Positions 47,792 through 58,928 are shown, numbered from the stretch's first letter. The stretch: DNA of 64,000 nt from Candidatus Thorarchaeota archaeon (GCA_020348985.1 CP070761.1:497850-561849), one strand, 5' to 3'. Program-made: numbers and translations. The notes: generated by a model from the sequence alone, not told the origin.

Positions 47792-49123
47792 ATGAGAAGA
47801 ATTCCGTTGACGGGAATGATTCTCCTCATGCTGCTTTATTTCAGTCTGTCACATCAGACTGCCAGTGCGAATGGAGCAGAAGTTGTTTCATTTGGGGTAG
47901 AGGAGGAGATCCAAAGATTGGTGACGGAGGGGGATATTCCTTCGCTTCACGTGTGTGTAGTATCTGGTGACGAGCTAAACTGGGTACGAGGCTTTGGAGA
48001 GCAGACAAGTCCTGATACTGTATTCCTAGTAGGCTCAATACAGAAGATGTTCGTTGCTGTTTCAATACTGCAGCTATATGAGAACGATATCATTGACCTT
48101 TATGACGACATAAACGACTACCTTCCCTTTGCTGTCAGAAATCCACAGCATCCCAATATCTCTGTGACAATCCAAATGCTGCTCACTCATCGGGCAGGGC
48201 TTTATTCCACAATGTCCCCAGAATTCTGCTATGATTGGGAGGGGTTGCACTATCCCGACTACTACTCTCGGAGCTATTATCCGTCCGTCGTCGGCATTTC
48301 GTTGGGTGAGTTTCTGTATGAAGTGTTGGACCCCGACGGACAATATTACTATGCAAGCAATTGGATAAATGAACCAGGCACGGAGTACAGCTACTCTAAC
48401 ACAGGCTACAAGATCCTAATGTATCTCCTGGAAGTTGTGTCAAACAAGACAATCGCGGACTACATGCAAGAGAACATTTTCGGGCCCCTGCGTATGAACA
48501 ACACCGGATTCTATGCGTCGGACTACGTTGGGCATCACGCCATTCCTCACAGTCGTTTGGGTACAAACACCACGAACACTGCTCTACCAATCTGGAACGG
48601 CACCTACATGATACGAAGTACAGTGAGTGACATGGGGCACTTCATGATTGCATTGATGAACAGGTGTGAGTTCGATGGACACAAGCTGCTAGAGCCCAGC
48701 ACTCTTGATGAAATGATAGCAAATGAATACAGATACAGTGGTCCCAATCTCAGAAAGGAGCTCCGGTGGGAAGGTTATGGTTTGGGGCAGGATCTATTCT
48801 CACACGGAGTCAAAGGCCACGGCGGGTCTACTGTCGGATTCACAGCCAACCTCTATTTCAATCCTGATACGAAACTTGGAGTCGTACGACTCTCAAATGT
48901 GAATGCCATCCTGGATCCGTCTTCTAATGAATGGAGCACAATCTATGAGTACACCAGTCAGATTGTGAATCTAGTCATGAGTGATGTTGGCCTACTGCCA
49001 CTATTCGGAATAGCAGAGGTTCTGCCGGTAATGACTTTCGTCTGCGTTCTTGCAGTTGTAGGTTTTGCTTGCAAGCGTCGCAGGAAGGCACGCCTTGTGA
49101 CTGAGGCCAACAACAACGACTGA
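47792..49123 (+). CDS. Secreted, membrane-anchored serine hydrolase (beta-lactamase family)
   Basis: GSIQK, LLTH, YSN, GHGG; signal peptide and C-terminal TM. Start 47771 or 47792. Confidence 0.85.
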   Translation: MRRIPLTGMILLMLLYFSLSHQTASANGAEVVSFGVEEEIQRLVTEGDIPSLHVCVVSGDELNWVRGFGEQTSPDTVFLVGSIQKMFVAVSILQLYENDIIDLYDDINDYLPFAVRNPQHPNISVTIQMLLTHRAGLYSTMSPEFCYDWEGLHYPDYYSRSYYPSVVGISLGEFLYEVLDPDGQYYYASNWINEPGTEYSYSNTGYKILMYLLEVVSNKTIADYMQENIFGPLRMNNTGFYASDYVGHHAIPHSRLGTNTTNTALPIWNGTYMIRSTVSDMGHFMIALMNRCEFDGHKLLEPSTLDEMIANEYRYSGPNLRKELRWEGYGLGQDLFSHGVKGHGGSTVGFTANLYFNPDTKLGVVRLSNVNAILDPSSNEWSTIYEYTSQIVNLVMSDVGLLPLFGIAEVLPVMTFVCVLAVVGFACKRRRKARLVTEANNND

Positions 49124-49311
49124 CTAGGTGCATTTGAAATCTATCAGCGTCTTGATGATTTCTCGGCTGACTTGGTTTAATGAGTCCGGAACTGATAATA
49201 GACACCTAGCTCATCGGCTCGGAAGCGCTGCTAGTTCCTATCTGAATCCAGATGGTGAACATCTGTCTTCGAAAGCATGTCGCTAATGTGGTTAGGAGAA
49301 GTCCACGTCAA

Positions 49312-52300
49312 ATGAAAGTCAGATTTCTTTTTCTCATCATGGCCCTTTTGTTCTCGGTAGCGAATCCACAACTGGCAATAAGCACCCAAGAGCCAGACCC
49401 TACAACGGAAATCGTGCGCCTCACCGATGGTGAGGATTCGGAGTATTTCGAGAAGGGGCTTCTTGATGATGGCACACTAGAAAGACTCTCCCCTAGGTGG
49501 ACCCAGGAGGAATCGAATTTGAGTGCGTCAGTCGAGCCGCCTGCGTCCCGCATCGATGTCAGCAGTCGAGATCCCCACGACGCGATCATAATTACCTCTG
49601 ATGATGAATTTGAATCTCAGGGATGGCCAGGTAGTGGAACGGTTGAGGATCCCTACGTAATCTCTGGATGGATCATCTTTAGCGGGGGCCCTTGCATAGA
49701 AATCAGAGACACAATCGTACACTTTGCAATAAGAGACTGTACTTTGGTTCCCGATCCATGGTCATACCTAGCCGCAATCATGCTATCCAATGTTCAAAAC
49801 GGAGTTATCGAGCAGAATTTTATCCAGAGCGGATCTGTCGAACTTGACACGTGTGTTCAGATTACGGTTTCTCACAACGACTTCCATATTATGGATTATA
49901 TTGGGATTGATGTCTACAATTCGTACGAGTGCTTTTTCGGATACAATGACATCAACGGTGCTGACTATGCAGGCATCCGTTGTGAGAGCTCAAGTGAAAA
50001 CATCTATACCGGGAACCGCATTAGATCGAGCTCGGATGGAATAATGATTCTTGATGAGGAATCCTCCAACTTCACATTCAATTACCTCGATGGCATTTGG
50101 AACACCGGCATAATCGTTGCTGTAGGACAAGACAACTTTGTGTTTGGAAATCTATTAAGCTCGTGGGCTGGTGCCCGTGACGATGGGGCAAACACTAAGT
50201 GGGATGATGGAGTTGGCATTGGAAACTGCTGGGGTTTGTATGAAGTGTCCACGCCATATGAACTGCCAGGTGAAGCAGGTGGCGTGGATCATTTCCCAAT
50301 CATTTTGGAAGACCCAGAGAGTACGCTGCCCATAATAGCTAGACCACACTCAATCGTCAATGTGGATGGTGTGGATTCAGCTGTGACTTGGGTAGTCTGG
50401 AGTGATCAGGGAACATTCTCTCTACGCGAAAACGATTCAGAGGTTCAGGATGGAGCCTGGGAAGGGTCAGGACCCTTTGAGTTTCATCTCCTAGATACTT
50501 CAAACGCTGTTTACAACTACACTCTAACAATACATGACTCCATCTATGGAAGTGCAAGCGATTCTTTGTACTTGATTGTGCCAGGGTTCATTATCTTGAC
50601 TCCGCCGTGTCCGCCCATGAATATGCAGAGGGTTCTAGGAAGCGGTGAAATCGAGATCAGTTGGGATGCACCAACGCATGACGGGAATCTTCCTCTTCTT
50701 GGATACAGGGTATATCGAGGGTCAACGCCCTACAACTATGAAATGTTGGTTGAGATCGGACCTTTGACAACGTTTGCTGATAGTTCCATTCTACCTGACA
50801 GAATGTACTTCTACGTTGTCACCGCATTCAACGGCCTCCTTGAAGGTGAGTCATCTAGTAGTGTAAACAACCTCATTGAACACGATAGAATCCACGTGTT
50901 CTCGAACAACGACTTAGCCGAACTGGGTCTTCCTGGAAACGGAACTGAAGAAAACCCATTCAGGCTTGTACTCTTCAACATCACTTCCGCTGACACACCT
51001 ATCATAATATCCAACACAGATGCATTCTTCGTCGTTGAGAGCTGCTGGGCATCTAGAACGGACGGAGGATCTGACACAGGCGTCATTCTGAGTAGTGTCA
51101 GGAGCGTGGAATTCAGATTCTCATGTTTCGATGGGTTCGACAAGGGACTGGACATTAGCTACTGCAGGAACATCACCGTCAGCAACTGCACCTGGAAGGA
51201 CAATTACGGAGCTTGCACCTTCTTCTCCTCTACTTCTTGTGAGATTGTTGGAACGGATTTCATTGGATGTGGGTACCCTGTTGACATTTCATCGTCCATG
51301 AGCATCAGTATCAGGAACTCGAGTTTCACCAGCAGCGAGGACGCGTGGAATACATATAGATGCGTGTATGTGGGTTCTTCCGTAGAATGCAGCTTCTCAG
51401 GATGTACATTCAGTGACTCACAAACTGGTATACGATTTGAGTCGTCAGTCTATGGTAATGTGACCTCATGCACTTTTGACAGAGTGGGAGAACCATTGAC
51501 GCTCTGGAATTCAGATTACTGTGTAGTATTGTACTGTGATGTAGTTGATTCACAATCAGAAGGCAATGGGATCACCCTGATTGAATGTAACTTCTGTTCG
51601 TTCTTCAACATCTCGTTGGGTGGGAAAAGGGTTATCATTGAGGGCGGGACAGCAGTCAACTGGCTCCACTCTTTCGTCAATGTAACGACCAATGGCAAGC
51701 CAATCGGCTATTTCGCAAATTACCAGGATAACACAATCGACTCAACCTTGTTTTCTCAACTTATCCTAGCGGTCTGCTACAATGTCTCAGTAGATGGTCA
51801 TCACCTCGCGAACATCTCTAGTGGCGTCTCCATTGTATTTTCCAATCAGCTGTCAATTCAGAACTTAATCACGTCAAACGTTTGGCTAGAGAGTGCGAAT
51901 AGAATTAACTTGAAAGACATGTCAGTGTACGAATCTGAGGGGGATCTTCATTTATCTTCAAGTTCTAGCATCCTTCTAGACAACATATCCTTCACAAGGC
52001 AGCTGCACTGGGGAAAGGTGGACATCAGGTCGTGTCATAATGTCTCTTTCGTAGACAGTCGCATCGACGTGATGTACGAGGCAACACGCGTCTGGTACTC
52101 GGACAACTGCTCGTTCACGAGAGTGGCATTCGATTTTCGATCAACCGGCCTGCAGTTTTACCGATCACCAAATCCCAGGATCAGAAACTGTAGATTCAAT
52201 GGTGAAGACCGAGCCTCGATCTACCTCGAAATGACCAGTAATGCGCTCATTGAAGATTGTATCCTCGTAGGAGGAGGTCTCGAAATCAACAGCATGGATT

Positions 52301-53718
52301 GGTGGGGGGATAATCCGGAGGATTATTGGATTCACTCTATCAGTAATGTGACTGTCAATGGAAATCCGATTCTATACATGCGCGGAGAAAGCGGCGTGGA
52401 GATCCATGATGGTGTCTATTCCCAAATCATGCTTGTGAACTGTGTAGATGTATCAATTCGAGATGTGACAGTCGAGAACGCGTCAATTGGCCTCCAGATG
52501 ACATATACTTCAGGGGTAACAATACGAGACATCGAAATTGCTAATCAGCGAAGCGAGGGGGGCCGGGCAATGCTTGATTGTGCGCAGATTTCAATCCACA
52601 ACCTACAATATCATGATAATGAAGAAGGCCTTCGACTTTGGAGCTGTGCGGACCTTGTGCTCAACGATAGCAGCTTTGAAGACTGTGGGAGAGGAGTCTA
52701 TTTTGAGTGGTCAGCGGGATATTGCTACGTCACTAGCTGTTACTTCAGTAACTGCGGGGATGCGATTAATGTCGATAGTGGTTACCAAATCTTTGTAACG
52801 AACAACATCATTCGAGAGGGCTACACCGGGATCAGAGTGAATTCAGCACAAGGAGCCTTCGTGCAGTACAACGACATTGGTTATGTAACAGGTGGTTTGT
52901 ATCTATATTATGCCTCTGGCTCTCAAATAACCAACAATATCATCAATCATTGTTCTGGCAATGGAGTCGAAAACTACTATGGGGATAACAACTTGTATTC
53001 AGCAAATAGAATCCTCTATTGTGACTCTGACGGCATCGTTGCAAGAGGTATGGCTGAATCATCTTTCACTTACAACGAGATTGGGCACAACGGTGCAGTT
53101 GGACTACGTTTCTGGGATGGCCCTGAGAATTTCATCTTTGGCAATCTATTCTACGCCAATGGGGAGCATGATGCAGAAGACGATGGGACCAATAACCAAT
53201 GGGATGACGGCGAGAGTATTGGAAATTGCTGGGGCATGAGGAGTCTCGAAGTCCAGCGCTCAATATCGGGAACTGCAGACTCGGTGGATCGATTCCCCAT
53301 CTCGACTGATGATGTGGAGTTTGAATCTCCCATCATTAGTAGTCCACGGGATGTGAGTCAATACTACACGGACAGGAATCCTCTTACTTGGGTTGCTTGG
53401 GTGTTGCTTGGAGACTGCACGGTCTTGATTGATGGACTACCCGTCTTAATATCGCCGTCGGTAAGCTGTGGACCCATTACAGTTATGATCCATGAACTGG
53501 ATGCAGGGACACATAACTTCACAATCGTTGTCATGGATGAGTACGGAACTATCGACTCAGACACTGTTCTCGTTACTATCACGACAAACGACGTCAGTTT
53601 GCCTCTTCTCACATCAATCATTGCAGGCGCTGCGGTTGTCTTAGTAATCTGCTACGAAACCACAGGCGAGTCGTCTCTTCTATCAAAACTGAGACGCGAA
53701 GAAGAGGATATTCTGTAG
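49312..53718 (+). CDS. Large cell-surface NosD/beta-helix protein with fibronectin type III domain
   Basis: Two G.GT.E.P beta-helix modules, WDDG..IGNCW twice, Fn3 (ISWDAP..DG..PL.GYRVYR), C-terminal TM. Confidence 0.85.
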   Translation: MKVRFLFLIMALLFSVANPQLAISTQEPDPTTEIVRLTDGEDSEYFEKGLLDDGTLERLSPRWTQEESNLSASVEPPASRIDVSSRDPHDAIIITSDDEFESQGWPGSGTVEDPYVISGWIIFSGGPCIEIRDTIVHFAIRDCTLVPDPWSYLAAIMLSNVQNGVIEQNFIQSGSVELDTCVQITVSHNDFHIMDYIGIDVYNSYECFFGYNDINGADYAGIRCESSSENIYTGNRIRSSSDGIMILDEESSNFTFNYLDGIWNTGIIVAVGQDNFVFGNLLSSWAGARDDGANTKWDDGVGIGNCWGLYEVSTPYELPGEAGGVDHFPIILEDPESTLPIIARPHSIVNVDGVDSAVTWVVWSDQGTFSLRENDSEVQDGAWEGSGPFEFHLLDTSNAVYNYTLTIHDSIYGSASDSLYLIVPGFIILTPPCPPMNMQRVLGSGEIEISWDAPTHDGNLPLLGYRVYRGSTPYNYEMLVEIGPLTTFADSSILPDRMYFYVVTAFNGLLEGESSSSVNNLIEHDRIHVFSNNDLAELGLPGNGTEENPFRLVLFNITSADTPIIISNTDAFFVVESCWASRTDGGSDTGVILSSVRSVEFRFSCFDGFDKGLDISYCRNITVSNCTWKDNYGACTFFSSTSCEIVGTDFIGCGYPVDISSSMSISIRNSSFTSSEDAWNTYRCVYVGSSVECSFSGCTFSDSQTGIRFESSVYGNVTSCTFDRVGEPLTLWNSDYCVVLYCDVVDSQSEGNGITLIECNFCSFFNISLGGKRVIIEGGTAVNWLHSFVNVTTNGKPIGYFANYQDNTIDSTLFSQLILAVCYNVSVDGHHLANISSGVSIVFSNQLSIQNLITSNVWLESANRINLKDMSVYESEGDLHLSSSSSILLDNISFTRQLHWGKVDIRSCHNVSFVDSRIDVMYEATRVWYSDNCSFTRVAFDFRSTGLQFYRSPNPRIRNCRFNGEDRASIYLEMTSNALIEDCILVGGGLEINSMDWWGDNPEDYWIHSISNVTVNGNPILYMRGESGVEIHDGVYSQIMLVNCVDVSIRDVTVENASIGLQMTYTSGVTIRDIEIANQRSEGGRAMLDCAQISIHNLQYHDNEEGLRLWSCADLVLNDSSFEDCGRGVYFEWSAGYCYVTSCYFSNCGDAINVDSGYQIFVTNNIIREGYTGIRVNSAQGAFVQYNDIGYVTGGLYLYYASGSQITNNIINHCSGNGVENYYGDNNLYSANRILYCDSDGIVARGMAESSFTYNEIGHNGAVGLRFWDGPENFIFGNLFYANGEHDAEDDGTNNQWDDGESIGNCWGMRSLEVQRSISGTADSVDRFPISTDDVEFESPIISSPRDVSQYYTDRNPLTWVAWVLLGDCTVLIDGLPVLISPSVSCGPITVMIHELDAGTHNFTIVVMDEYGTIDSDTVLVTITTNDVSLPLLTSIIAGAAVVLVICYETTGESSLLSKLRREEEDIL

Positions 53719-53826
53719 AATTGCGGAATGGATAATAGAAGACAGTGTCAAATAGCAACCTAGTCAAGAGTGGGAAATCATACGTAGTAGGAAACAGCGC
53801 TCTTCCTAAACCATGAGAGGGTCCAG

Positions 53827-53988
53827 ATGGCAGTTTGTTGAAGGACATCTAATAGTACGTTTGTCGAAACGGTTTTCATTGATGTCGTAATCTCTGGGTT
53901 TGTGATTCAAGTCGTTGTGGTTTCAGGTGTAGGAGGCATCGTCATCCTTATAATCTCACTAGAATTCCGGTCCAGATTCAGAGCGTGA
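53827..53988 (+). pseudogene. Remnant C-terminus of a surface protein
   Basis: MAVC*RTSNSTFVETVFIDVVISGFVIQVVVVSGVGGIVILIISLEFRSRFRA* resembles the strand-TM-basic end of the neighbouring surface proteins. Confidence 0.45.
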
Positions 53989-54074
53989 AGTCTGAGTACA
54001 AAAAAGCAATCAGGCAAAAATAAATCGGGCATATTCTCTGAAAACAGCATTGCCAAACATTACTTCATAGCACG

Positions 54075-55004
54075 GTGTTGGTATTGGACTTAACCGACAA
54101 GAGGATTCTCCTAGAACTTGACAAAGACTGCAGAGCTAGCTACGAGAATCTTGGACGCATCCTCGGAATATCTGCAAATGCAGTGAAGAAGAGAGTTGAC
54201 AAACTGATTAGTTCCGGAGTCATAGAGGAGTTCAGCGTCGTCCTGCGCCAAGCCATGACCGGAGCTGACTATCTAATAGCGGAAGTACAGACCGATGGGA
54301 ACGAGGACGAGGAGACGTTTGCGAATACGTTAGGGGCCAATGAGATGATCAACCAGGTTGGCCTTATAGCTGATCCGACAGGTCGCTCATATCTGGTTCA
54401 TGCAGAATATGTTGGAACGCAGGGTTTGATGAAACTCGGCAGGTTCTTGAGAGCCCTGGAAAACGTGACTCAAGTAGATTTGCACACCTTGCTGATCGGG
54501 CAAGGAAAGAGAATGGACCTCACCAAGTTACACCTTAGGGTACTTCGTCAACTTATGAATGATGCAAGAATGCAGATTGGTGAAATAGCTGAACGATCAG
54601 GTTTGACCGCTAGACGCGTTAGAAAAGCAATTCAGGAATTGCAGGAAAGCGAGGCCTTTTGGTTTGCCACAAGATGGAACCTTAGCCTCGGTGAAAGCAC
54701 CCAGTTCTATGTAAGAATAAATCGAGACACTCAGGTGATGGACCACAATGAAGTCGATGAGTGGATGCGTGGGCAATTTCCTCTAGAGTATTGGTACTCC
54801 TACGTTTCTGCCATTGAGCCAGTTATATTCGCCAAGTTTGTCACTGAGCATTTCAGACAAGCTGAGCCAATTTCGAGAGTTATCAAAGCAGCTCCTTTCG
54901 CCGTTTCTACTAACACTATGATTTGCTACCCGGTAAGGAAGTACCCTAGATTAGGGCGGATCAAGCTGGAGCAGATGCTAGCCGATGCAGGTCTGTGGCC
55001 ATAG
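54075..55004 (+). CDS. Lrp/AsnC-family regulator with duplicated HTH/effector units
   Basis: DCRASYENLGRILGISANAVKKRV and DARMQIGEIAERSGLT; paralog of 20345..21268. Confidence 0.85.
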   Translation: MLVLDLTDKRILLELDKDCRASYENLGRILGISANAVKKRVDKLISSGVIEEFSVVLRQAMTGADYLIAEVQTDGNEDEETFANTLGANEMINQVGLIADPTGRSYLVHAEYVGTQGLMKLGRFLRALENVTQVDLHTLLIGQGKRMDLTKLHLRVLRQLMNDARMQIGEIAERSGLTARRVRKAIQELQESEAFWFATRWNLSLGESTQFYVRINRDTQVMDHNEVDEWMRGQFPLEYWYSYVSAIEPVIFAKFVTEHFRQAEPISRVIKAAPFAVSTNTMICYPVRKYPRLGRIKLEQMLADAGLWP

Positions 55005-55066
55005 CAAGTTGATTCCACCACCAAAGAGCTTTTAATGTTCATATTTAACATTGTTAACTAGCTGCT

Positions 55067-57475
55067 GTGGTACGGTGGATTCTTTTGATTGATGAGTTGC
55101 CTGCTGATACAGTGAGGAAAGTCTGCGACCCAAGTCTGATTCAATGTAAGACCACTGAAGAGCTCTCTCCAGTTGATGACATCATAGGCCAAGAAAGAGC
55201 CCTTCGTGCCTTGAGATTCGGACTAGACATCGAGAATCATGGATTCAATATCTTCGTTGCTGGATATCCCGGAACCGGGAAAACCACAACTGTGAGGAGT
55301 TTCTTGGTTGATGTTGCCAAGAGCAAACCTGCTCCGATAGATTGGGTTTATGTCTACAATTTCAAGAAACAAGGAGAACCTCGAGCCATCGAAATGCCTA
55401 GAGGAATGGGAGTGGTATTCAAAAGAGACCTTGAAGAGCTGCTCAATGGTGCGAGGAAGGTCCTTCCCGAGGCCTTTGAGAGTGAGGAGTACATCTTACG
55501 TAGACAATCACTGGTAAAGGCTGTGGAGGCACAAAGAGACAAGCTACTTGCGGAAGTGAACGAGAAGGCAAAGAAGAAGGGGTTTGTCCTGAGACCGAGT
55601 CAGAGTGGACTTCTCATTGTGCCCGTTGTCGAGGGACAACCGATTAGTGACCAAGAAATGGCGGCCCTTGACCCAGAATTGTTGGAGAAGATAGCAGATG
55701 CCCGAGAGGAACTGAACACAGAGCTTCGAAGTGCAATGAGAGAGCTTAGAAAACTCGAGAGCGAAGTCAGCTCAAAGGTTGAAGCCTTGAACAGAGATGT
55801 TGCCCTCTTTGCGATCGGTCACTTCGTAGCAGATCTGAGAGAAAACTACTCACAGAATGAAGAGGCTGTCGCTTACATTGATGATGTCGAGCAAACCATC
55901 TTGAGTAATCTGCCCGTTTTTGTTCAGCCGCCCCAACAGACTCAGCCCAACGCACAAGAGCTAGTAGCTCGAGAGCGGTTCTTTAGAAACTTCGAAGTGA
56001 ATGTGATTGTGGACAATGGAGAGCTTGAAGGCGCACCTATAGTCGTAGAAATGAATCCGACGTATCTGAATTTGTTTGGGCAGATAGAGAAAGAAGCAAG
56101 ATTCGGCGTTCTAATGACTGACTTCACAATGATCCAACCTGGGAGTCTGCATAAGGCAAATGGTGGCTACCTCATGATTCCCGTCGAGGAGCTATTGAAG
56201 GCACCCTTATCTTGGGAGAGCCTGAAGCGCGCCTTGAAGAATAGGGAGATTGTCATCGAGGAAGCTCCCCAAGTCGCTGGAACGCTTGCAACAAGAGGGC
56301 TAAAACCAGAACCGATTCCACTTGATGTTAAGGTAATCCTTGTAGGAGACCCGTCAATCTATGAGCTTCTCTACACGAGAGACCCAGACTTCAAGGAGCT
56401 CTTCAAAGTCAAGGCACACTTTGACATTACCATGCCTCGGACTAAAGAGAACATTATGAAGTACGCATCAGCTATGGCGAATGTCTGTGCACGAGAGGGG
56501 CTCAAACATCTTGACGCAGAAGCCGCAGCGAAGGTTATAGAGTACAGCGTAAGACTGGCTGACGACCAAGAGAAGCTGTCAACACGATTTGCAGACGTTG
56601 CCGACATAGTCCGTGAGGCAACATTCTATGCTACAAAGGAGAAAGCAAAGCACGTCAGCGCGGCTCATGTAAAGAAGGCAATAGAAGAAAAGGTCTACCG
56701 CTCGAATCTCATCCAAGAGAAGATCCAGGAGATGATCAAGCGAAGAGTTATTCTAATCGACACACAGGGAGAGAAGGTAGGTCAGGTGAATGGTCTGACT
56801 GTAATGAAGTACGGCGATTTCACATTTGGTGGTCCTTCGAGAGTCACTGTTAGCATTGGCGTTGGTCGACACGGAATAGTCGACATAGAACGAGAATCCA
56901 ATCTTGGTGGCAACATCCACACCAAAGGCGTTATGATTCTGGGAGGCTACCTGCAGGGACTCTTTGCGCATGACAAACCACTGAGCTTGTCAGCAAGACT
57001 TGTCTTTGAACAAAGCTACGCAGGCGTCGACGGTGATAGCGCGTCGAGTACCGAGCTATATGCATTGTTGTCCACACTTTCTGGACTACCAATTAAGCAG
57101 AATTTCGCTGTCACTGGCTCTGTCAATCAGCGAGGACAGGTTCAAGCAATTGGAGGAGTGAATGAGAAGATAGAGGGCTTCTTTGAAGTGTGCAGAGCTG
57201 GTGGTTTGACAGGCGAACAAGGTGTCCTTATTCCAGCAAGCAACGTTCAGAACCTGATGTTGAAAGAGGACTTAGTCGAGGCTATCAGGGAAGGTAAGTT
57301 CCACATCTATCCGATTGAGAGAATCGAAGAGGGAATTGAGATACTAACTGGTGCCAGGGCTGGAGTACGGCAACCTGATGGTGGATTTGAAGAGGGTTCT
57401 GTATACGATTTGGTTGATAAACGTTTGATGGAAATGGCCCAAAAGCTAAGAGAATTTGAGGGAGCAAAAGAATAG
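55067..57475 (+). CDS. Lon-like S16 protease (LonC type, no TM segment)
   Basis: IGQERAL, GYPGTGKT, coiled-coil insert, PGSLHKANGG, DGDSAS (Ser), GGVNEKIEG (Lys). Confidence 0.9.
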   Translation: MVRWILLIDELPADTVRKVCDPSLIQCKTTEELSPVDDIIGQERALRALRFGLDIENHGFNIFVAGYPGTGKTTTVRSFLVDVAKSKPAPIDWVYVYNFKKQGEPRAIEMPRGMGVVFKRDLEELLNGARKVLPEAFESEEYILRRQSLVKAVEAQRDKLLAEVNEKAKKKGFVLRPSQSGLLIVPVVEGQPISDQEMAALDPELLEKIADAREELNTELRSAMRELRKLESEVSSKVEALNRDVALFAIGHFVADLRENYSQNEEAVAYIDDVEQTILSNLPVFVQPPQQTQPNAQELVARERFFRNFEVNVIVDNGELEGAPIVVEMNPTYLNLFGQIEKEARFGVLMTDFTMIQPGSLHKANGGYLMIPVEELLKAPLSWESLKRALKNREIVIEEAPQVAGTLATRGLKPEPIPLDVKVILVGDPSIYELLYTRDPDFKELFKVKAHFDITMPRTKENIMKYASAMANVCAREGLKHLDAEAAAKVIEYSVRLADDQEKLSTRFADVADIVREATFYATKEKAKHVSAAHVKKAIEEKVYRSNLIQEKIQEMIKRRVILIDTQGEKVGQVNGLTVMKYGDFTFGGPSRVTVSIGVGRHGIVDIERESNLGGNIHTKGVMILGGYLQGLFAHDKPLSLSARLVFEQSYAGVDGDSASSTELYALLSTLSGLPIKQNFAVTGSVNQRGQVQAIGGVNEKIEGFFEVCRAGGLTGEQGVLIPASNVQNLMLKEDLVEAIREGKFHIYPIERIEEGIEILTGARAGVRQPDGGFEEGSVYDLVDKRLMEMAQKLREFEGAKE

Positions 57476-58036
57476 TTGCTGGATTCCTAACTGTGACATT
57501 CGGAAATACTCTATTTCTGCTCTGCAACGGTCCTTTCCACCTAATTGCATGATACCAATCCTTGATATACATTCCAAATGACGCGCGGAGGAACAAGAAT
57601 GCAAGTAAATGAGATTAGAACCAAGACTGTTGTGTCCCTATTTGACACCGGGGCTTACAACAATGGCAGCAACTTGGTTGATCTTTCAGGTTTCCGGAAG
57701 TCCGGCCTTTTCTTAAATCGGCTCGGAATTGATTTCCAATCTGTGAGAGTCTAGACGTAGAGCTGCCATTACTCGTCCTTTGGGTGAGAGGAAAACCGCT
57801 GCCTTTCTATGAGATTCGATCAATCTCAGTAGCAGACGCTAATTCTTGGAGCAATTCACAAATGACCAAATGTGTTCGCTCCAAGAGTTGAACCTCTATC
57901 GTGTGAGAAGAAGATAGAGCTGGCTTGGACGCTCTTGACTTCGTCAGTTCAATGTTCCAAGATTCATCTATAGAATGAACCTGAAGCCAGTAAGCAGCAG
58001 TTCACTTCGCGAATGAAACGATGAACAACACCCTTG

Positions 58037-58070
58037 GGGAGTGTGGTATCAACGAATGGTACCACCTCCC
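58037..58070 (-). terminator. Stem-loop downstream of the TspO-like gene
   Basis: Minus strand GGGAGGTGGTACCA-TTCGT-TGATACCACACTCCC, about 37 nt after the stop; no clear T-tract. Confidence 0.4.
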
Positions 58071-58106
58071 AGATTCCCTTCTCAACTGATTGCAAAGCGA
58101 TGAAGT

Positions 58107-58928
58107 TCACTCGACAATCTCTATGTAGAAGCCACCGAAAGGCCTCTTCCTGACCAAGGGAAGTACGACAATGGCAATTGCCAAGATAATGGCTACACCA
58201 AGTGCAGTCCCATAGATCAGAAGCGATGCGGCTTGCTTCGTCGCGATTCCGACAGATGCCCAAATCACTACGAGGTTGAAAGCGAAGTCTCTTCGAAGAA
58301 CCAACATCAACAGTGAGAGTATCAAAGCTATGACAAGAACGGCTGAAGTCCACATCTCTTGAACAGCCAGAGGGATTCCCACGATAACCTCGTTCAAGAC
58401 AGATGCCGTGTTGGCAATTGTCGCTAAGGAAATCCATCCAAGATACACACTGACAGGAAGATGCACAGCAAGCTTTACTCCGCGAGTTACATGTTTGATA
58501 CCGATGCCCAATCTGACATACGTGAAAAGAAGTACGACCAGAAGACCCACAATGAATAAGGGCGTGAAAACGAACAGAGAAGCTACTCCATAAGAATAGT
58601 GGAATAGGATCAACCATGAGATGTTGAACACAGCACCTATCAGGTATAGGAAGCTAATCTCCTGCAAATAGTCCATTTCGCGCTGACTCGAGCGTAGCTG
58701 ATAGACTATGAAAATCCCCAGCAGGGTGTAGATGACTCCCCAGATAGAGAAGACATACCCTGGAGGTGTGAACAGACTCGGATAGAAATCTGACACTTCC
58801 CCTGACGTTACTCCGTTAAGGGGGATTATGTTTACTAATGCATTGAATATGATTGTAGATATGATTGCTAACAGATTCACAATCTGTAGTACCTTAGGAT
58901 TGGTATTTGTCAAAATTACAACTCCCAT
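58107..58928 (-). CDS. TspO/MBR-related tryptophan-rich membrane protein
   Basis: FTPPGYVFSIWGVIY, YLGWISLATIAN, VVIWA; about 8 TM. Confidence 0.75.
   Translation of the reverse strand: MGVVILTNTNPKVLQIVNLLAIISTIIFNALVNIIPLNGVTSGEVSDFYPSLFTPPGYVFSIWGVIYTLLGIFIVYQLRSSQREMDYLQEISFLYLIGAVFNISWLILFHYSYGVASLFVFTPLFIVGLLVVLLFTYVRLGIGIKHVTRGVKLAVHLPVSVYLGWISLATIANTASVLNEVIVGIPLAVQEMWTSAVLVIALILSLLMLVLRRDFAFNLVVIWASVGIATKQAASLLIYGTALGVAIILAIAIVVLPLVRKRPFGGFYIEIVE

Noticed and set aside
57476-58036. Long intergenic region with a hairpin at 57841-57889 (SECIS, ncRNA or pseudogene)
   Set aside because: Lacks SECIS geometry, neighbouring genes have no Sec codon, and no frame gave a recognisable protein.
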